Assembly (NCBI GenBank): GCA_965263355.1
Contig: CBDHHL010000032.1
Location: 2,944,001 to 3,008,000 of the forward strand
Source of the DNA: Leptolyngbyaceae cyanobacterium
Lineage (GTDB): Bacteria; Cyanobacteriota; Cyanobacteriia; Phormidesmidales; Phormidesmidaceae
Length of the DNA: 64,000 nt
Reading direction: 5' to 3'
In this document: positions 62,190 through 64,000 of the stretch, piece by piece
Numbering within the stretch: position 1 is the first letter of the stretch
Layout: each line of letters opens with the position of its first letter
Notes under the pieces: generated by a model
What the model was told of the DNA's origin: nothing
Databases searched by the model: none
Seen by the model: the letters and a program-made list of their open reading frames with translations, nothing else
Made by a program: the position numbers and the translations under genes

Positions 62190-62233
62190 TACAAACTTTG
62201 ATACATGCTAATGAGCCAACTTCCTGAGATGCC

Positions 62234-62560
62234 ATGAATATCTTATTTATCTGTAGTCGCAATCAATGGCGTAGCCCTACGGCAGAAAAAGTTTGGTCAA
62301 AACACCCTGGCATTTCCGTACGGTCAGCGGGCACCAGCCCCAGGGCACGTAAAACAGTCTCTGCAAAGGACATTCAGTGGGCCGATATGATTTTTGCCAT
62401 GGAACAAAAGCATAAGGACCGACTTAAGGCTGACTTTTCCCGTTTATTAACCCATAAACCTATCCATGTTCTGGATATACCCGATGACTACCAATATATG
62501 GATCCAGATCTGGTAGAAACATTGCAAAACTCCGTTGCTACATATTTAGAGCTTGCGTAG
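62234..62560 (+). CDS. low-molecular-weight phosphotyrosine phosphatase-like protein
   Basis: LFICSRNQWRSPTAE (CX5R), SAGT, LDIPDDY. Confidence 0.88.
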   Translation: MNILFICSRNQWRSPTAEKVWSKHPGISVRSAGTSPRARKTVSAKDIQWADMIFAMEQKHKDRLKADFSRLLTHKPIHVLDIPDDYQYMDPDLVETLQNSVATYLELA

Positions 62561-62780
62561 CTGCTCCAGCTGTTCGTTGGACAGTGCTAGCAGCTCAATT
62601 ACTTGATCTAAAGACATCCCTATTGCCCATACATGGTCGGCAGTGTCTCACGGAGCGAACGGGGTGGATCGACCTGTGGCAGACTATTTCCTGGTTGAAA
62701 CCCGAGCTTTAAACCGGACATTAGGACTACATGATTTCTAATCAGATTTTAAGCTGCCTATCCCCACATCGCCATTCAAT

Positions 62781-62799
62781 TATGAGACAATTATGAAAA
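62781..62799 (+). promoter_or_regulatory. candidate ManR-binding direct repeat
   Basis: TATGAGACAATTATGAAAA (TATGA-N6-TATGA) immediately upstream of the mntC-like gene. Confidence 0.6.
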
Positions 62800-62815
62800 A
62801 TGAAATGATTATGAA

Positions 62816-63757
62816 ATGACATCACTGGCAGCATTCAAGAAAATTAAACAGGGATTTTTACTGGCAGGCATTGCTTTGCTGATGGGTGTGGCAGGCTGTG
62901 GCCAGGAAGCACCTCTATCTGAAGCATCTGGTGATGATCAAAAGGTTGTACTGACAACGTTCACCATCTTGGCGGATATGGCCCAGAGCGTGGCTGGCGA
63001 TGAGCTGCAGGTGGAGTCGATTACTCGCATCGGTGCTGAAATCCATGGTTATGAGCCGACACCCAGTGATTTGGTAAACGCGCAAGAGGCTGACCTGATT
63101 TTGTATAACGGTATGAACCTTGAGCGCTGGTTTGAGCAGTTTTTAGGCAATGTGCGGGATGTGCCGTCGGTAATTTTGACGGAGGGGATTGAGCCGATTG
63201 CCATTGCAGAAGGTCCCTACGCCGATAAACCAAACCCCCACGCCTGGATGTCGCCGCAAAACGCTCTTATATATATAGAGAATATCCGTCAGGCGTTTGT
63301 AGAGCTTGACCCGGAAAACGAAGCCACCTACAACGCCAATGCGGCTGCCTACAGTGAACGGCTACAGGCTATTGACCAGGAACTGCAGGCTAATCTCGCC
63401 CAGGTACCTGATAGTCAACGATATCTGGTTAGTTGCGAAGGGGCATTTTCCTATTTGGCTAATGATTATGACTTAGAAGAAATTTATCTCTGGCCCATCA
63501 ATGCGGAACAGCAGTCTACTCCCAAACAGATTCAAAGGGTGATTGATGAAGTGAACGCTAACGACATTGCCACGATCTTTTGCGAAAGCACCGTCAGCGA
63601 TGAGGGACAGCAGACGGTCGCCCGTGCAACGGGGGCTAAATTTGGCGGCAATTTATATGTCGATTCGCTGTCTACGGCAGATGGGCCTGTGCCTACGTTT
63701 TTGGACTTGCTGGCCTATGACGTCCAGGTGATTAGCGAGGGGTTGAGATCGCCATGA
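62816..63757 (+). CDS. mntC: Mn/Zn/Fe ABC transporter substrate-binding lipoprotein
   Basis: Lipobox VAGC, EIHGYEPTPSD, NPHAWMSP, CEGAFSY, LYVDSL. Confidence 0.9.
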   Translation: MTSLAAFKKIKQGFLLAGIALLMGVAGCGQEAPLSEASGDDQKVVLTTFTILADMAQSVAGDELQVESITRIGAEIHGYEPTPSDLVNAQEADLILYNGMNLERWFEQFLGNVRDVPSVILTEGIEPIAIAEGPYADKPNPHAWMSPQNALIYIENIRQAFVELDPENEATYNANAAAYSERLQAIDQELQANLAQVPDSQRYLVSCEGAFSYLANDYDLEEIYLWPINAEQQSTPKQIQRVIDEVNANDIATIFCESTVSDEGQQTVARATGAKFGGNLYVDSLSTADGPVPTFLDLLAYDVQVISEGLRSP

Positions 63758-63782
63758 TGTTTGTCAATTGGTCGATCTCTCT

Positions 63783-63871
63783 CCCCTCCTGGGAGGGGCT
63801 CCGGGGTGGGTTGACCGCTAGCGTTAGCGATCGAAACCCACCCCGCCTACGGCACCCCTTCTAAGAGGGGA
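63783..63871. repeat. GC-rich REP-like inverted pair inside the mnt operon
   Basis: CCCCTCCTGGGAGGGG...GGGGTGGGTT and inverted AACCCACCCC...CCCCTTCTAAGAGGGG. Confidence 0.7.
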
Positions 63872-63940
63872 TGATTGCAGACTTTACCGCTTGAACGAAA
63901 TCTGAGACCTAACTTTCTATCCTCTTACCCTTAACCCACG

Positions 63941-64000
63941 ATGCGAGTAGATACTTTTGGCATTACCGTCGAGAACATCAGTGTCACCTACAGTAACGCT
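63941..64000 (+). CDS. mntA: metal ABC transporter ATP-binding protein, 5' fragment
   Basis: MRVDTFGITVENISVTYSNA, an ABC ATPase-like start following mntC; truncated by window edge. Confidence 0.65.
   Translation, partial: MRVDTFGITVENISVTYSNA

Noticed and set aside
1..64000. Frequent GCGATCGC octamer and many short antisense ORFs
   Set aside because: HIP1 is a well-known cyanobacterial genome signature; the antisense ORFs are shadows of confidently assigned genes

Overview
64-kb chromosomal window from a cyanobacterium. The HIP1 octamer GCGATCGC is frequent and several cyanobacteria-specific families are present (DUF1815, DUF2839, DUF3747, Npun_R1517); a filamentous Leptolyngbya-like lineage is only a guess. 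Most genes are housekeeping: gltA (partial), sixA, alr, two peroxiredoxins, LysM/M23 peptidase, trmL, gshA, ftsE, smc, yqgF, mlaE, an M16 peptidase pair, ktrB, rlpA, sbcD, cysH, murE, xseA/xseB, recA, a DinG-like protein, tyrA, lepA, polA and mntC/mntA, plus tRNA-Ser(GCT), tRNA-Met(CAT) and tRNA-Glu(TTC). No CRISPR array, rRNA or intact transposase was seen. Six signals stand out. (i) A ~73-bp TA-bounded hairpin element occurs four times, always between divergently transcribed genes, once upstream of recA. (ii) A 212-bp IS1634-like MITE is flanked by a 42-bp direct repeat. (iii) An ABC-ATPase plus TOPRIM-like (DUF4276-type) gene pair resembles PARIS/OLD-type defence modules. (iv) A stand-alone gene fuses a jacalin lectin, a GH24 lysozyme and an M15 peptidase. 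(v) A phosphodiesterase gene is bracketed by 47-bp REP-like direct repeats. (vi) Candidate LexA boxes lie upstream of smc, recA/xseA and sbcD. All family assignments come from recognising motifs by eye; no database search was run.
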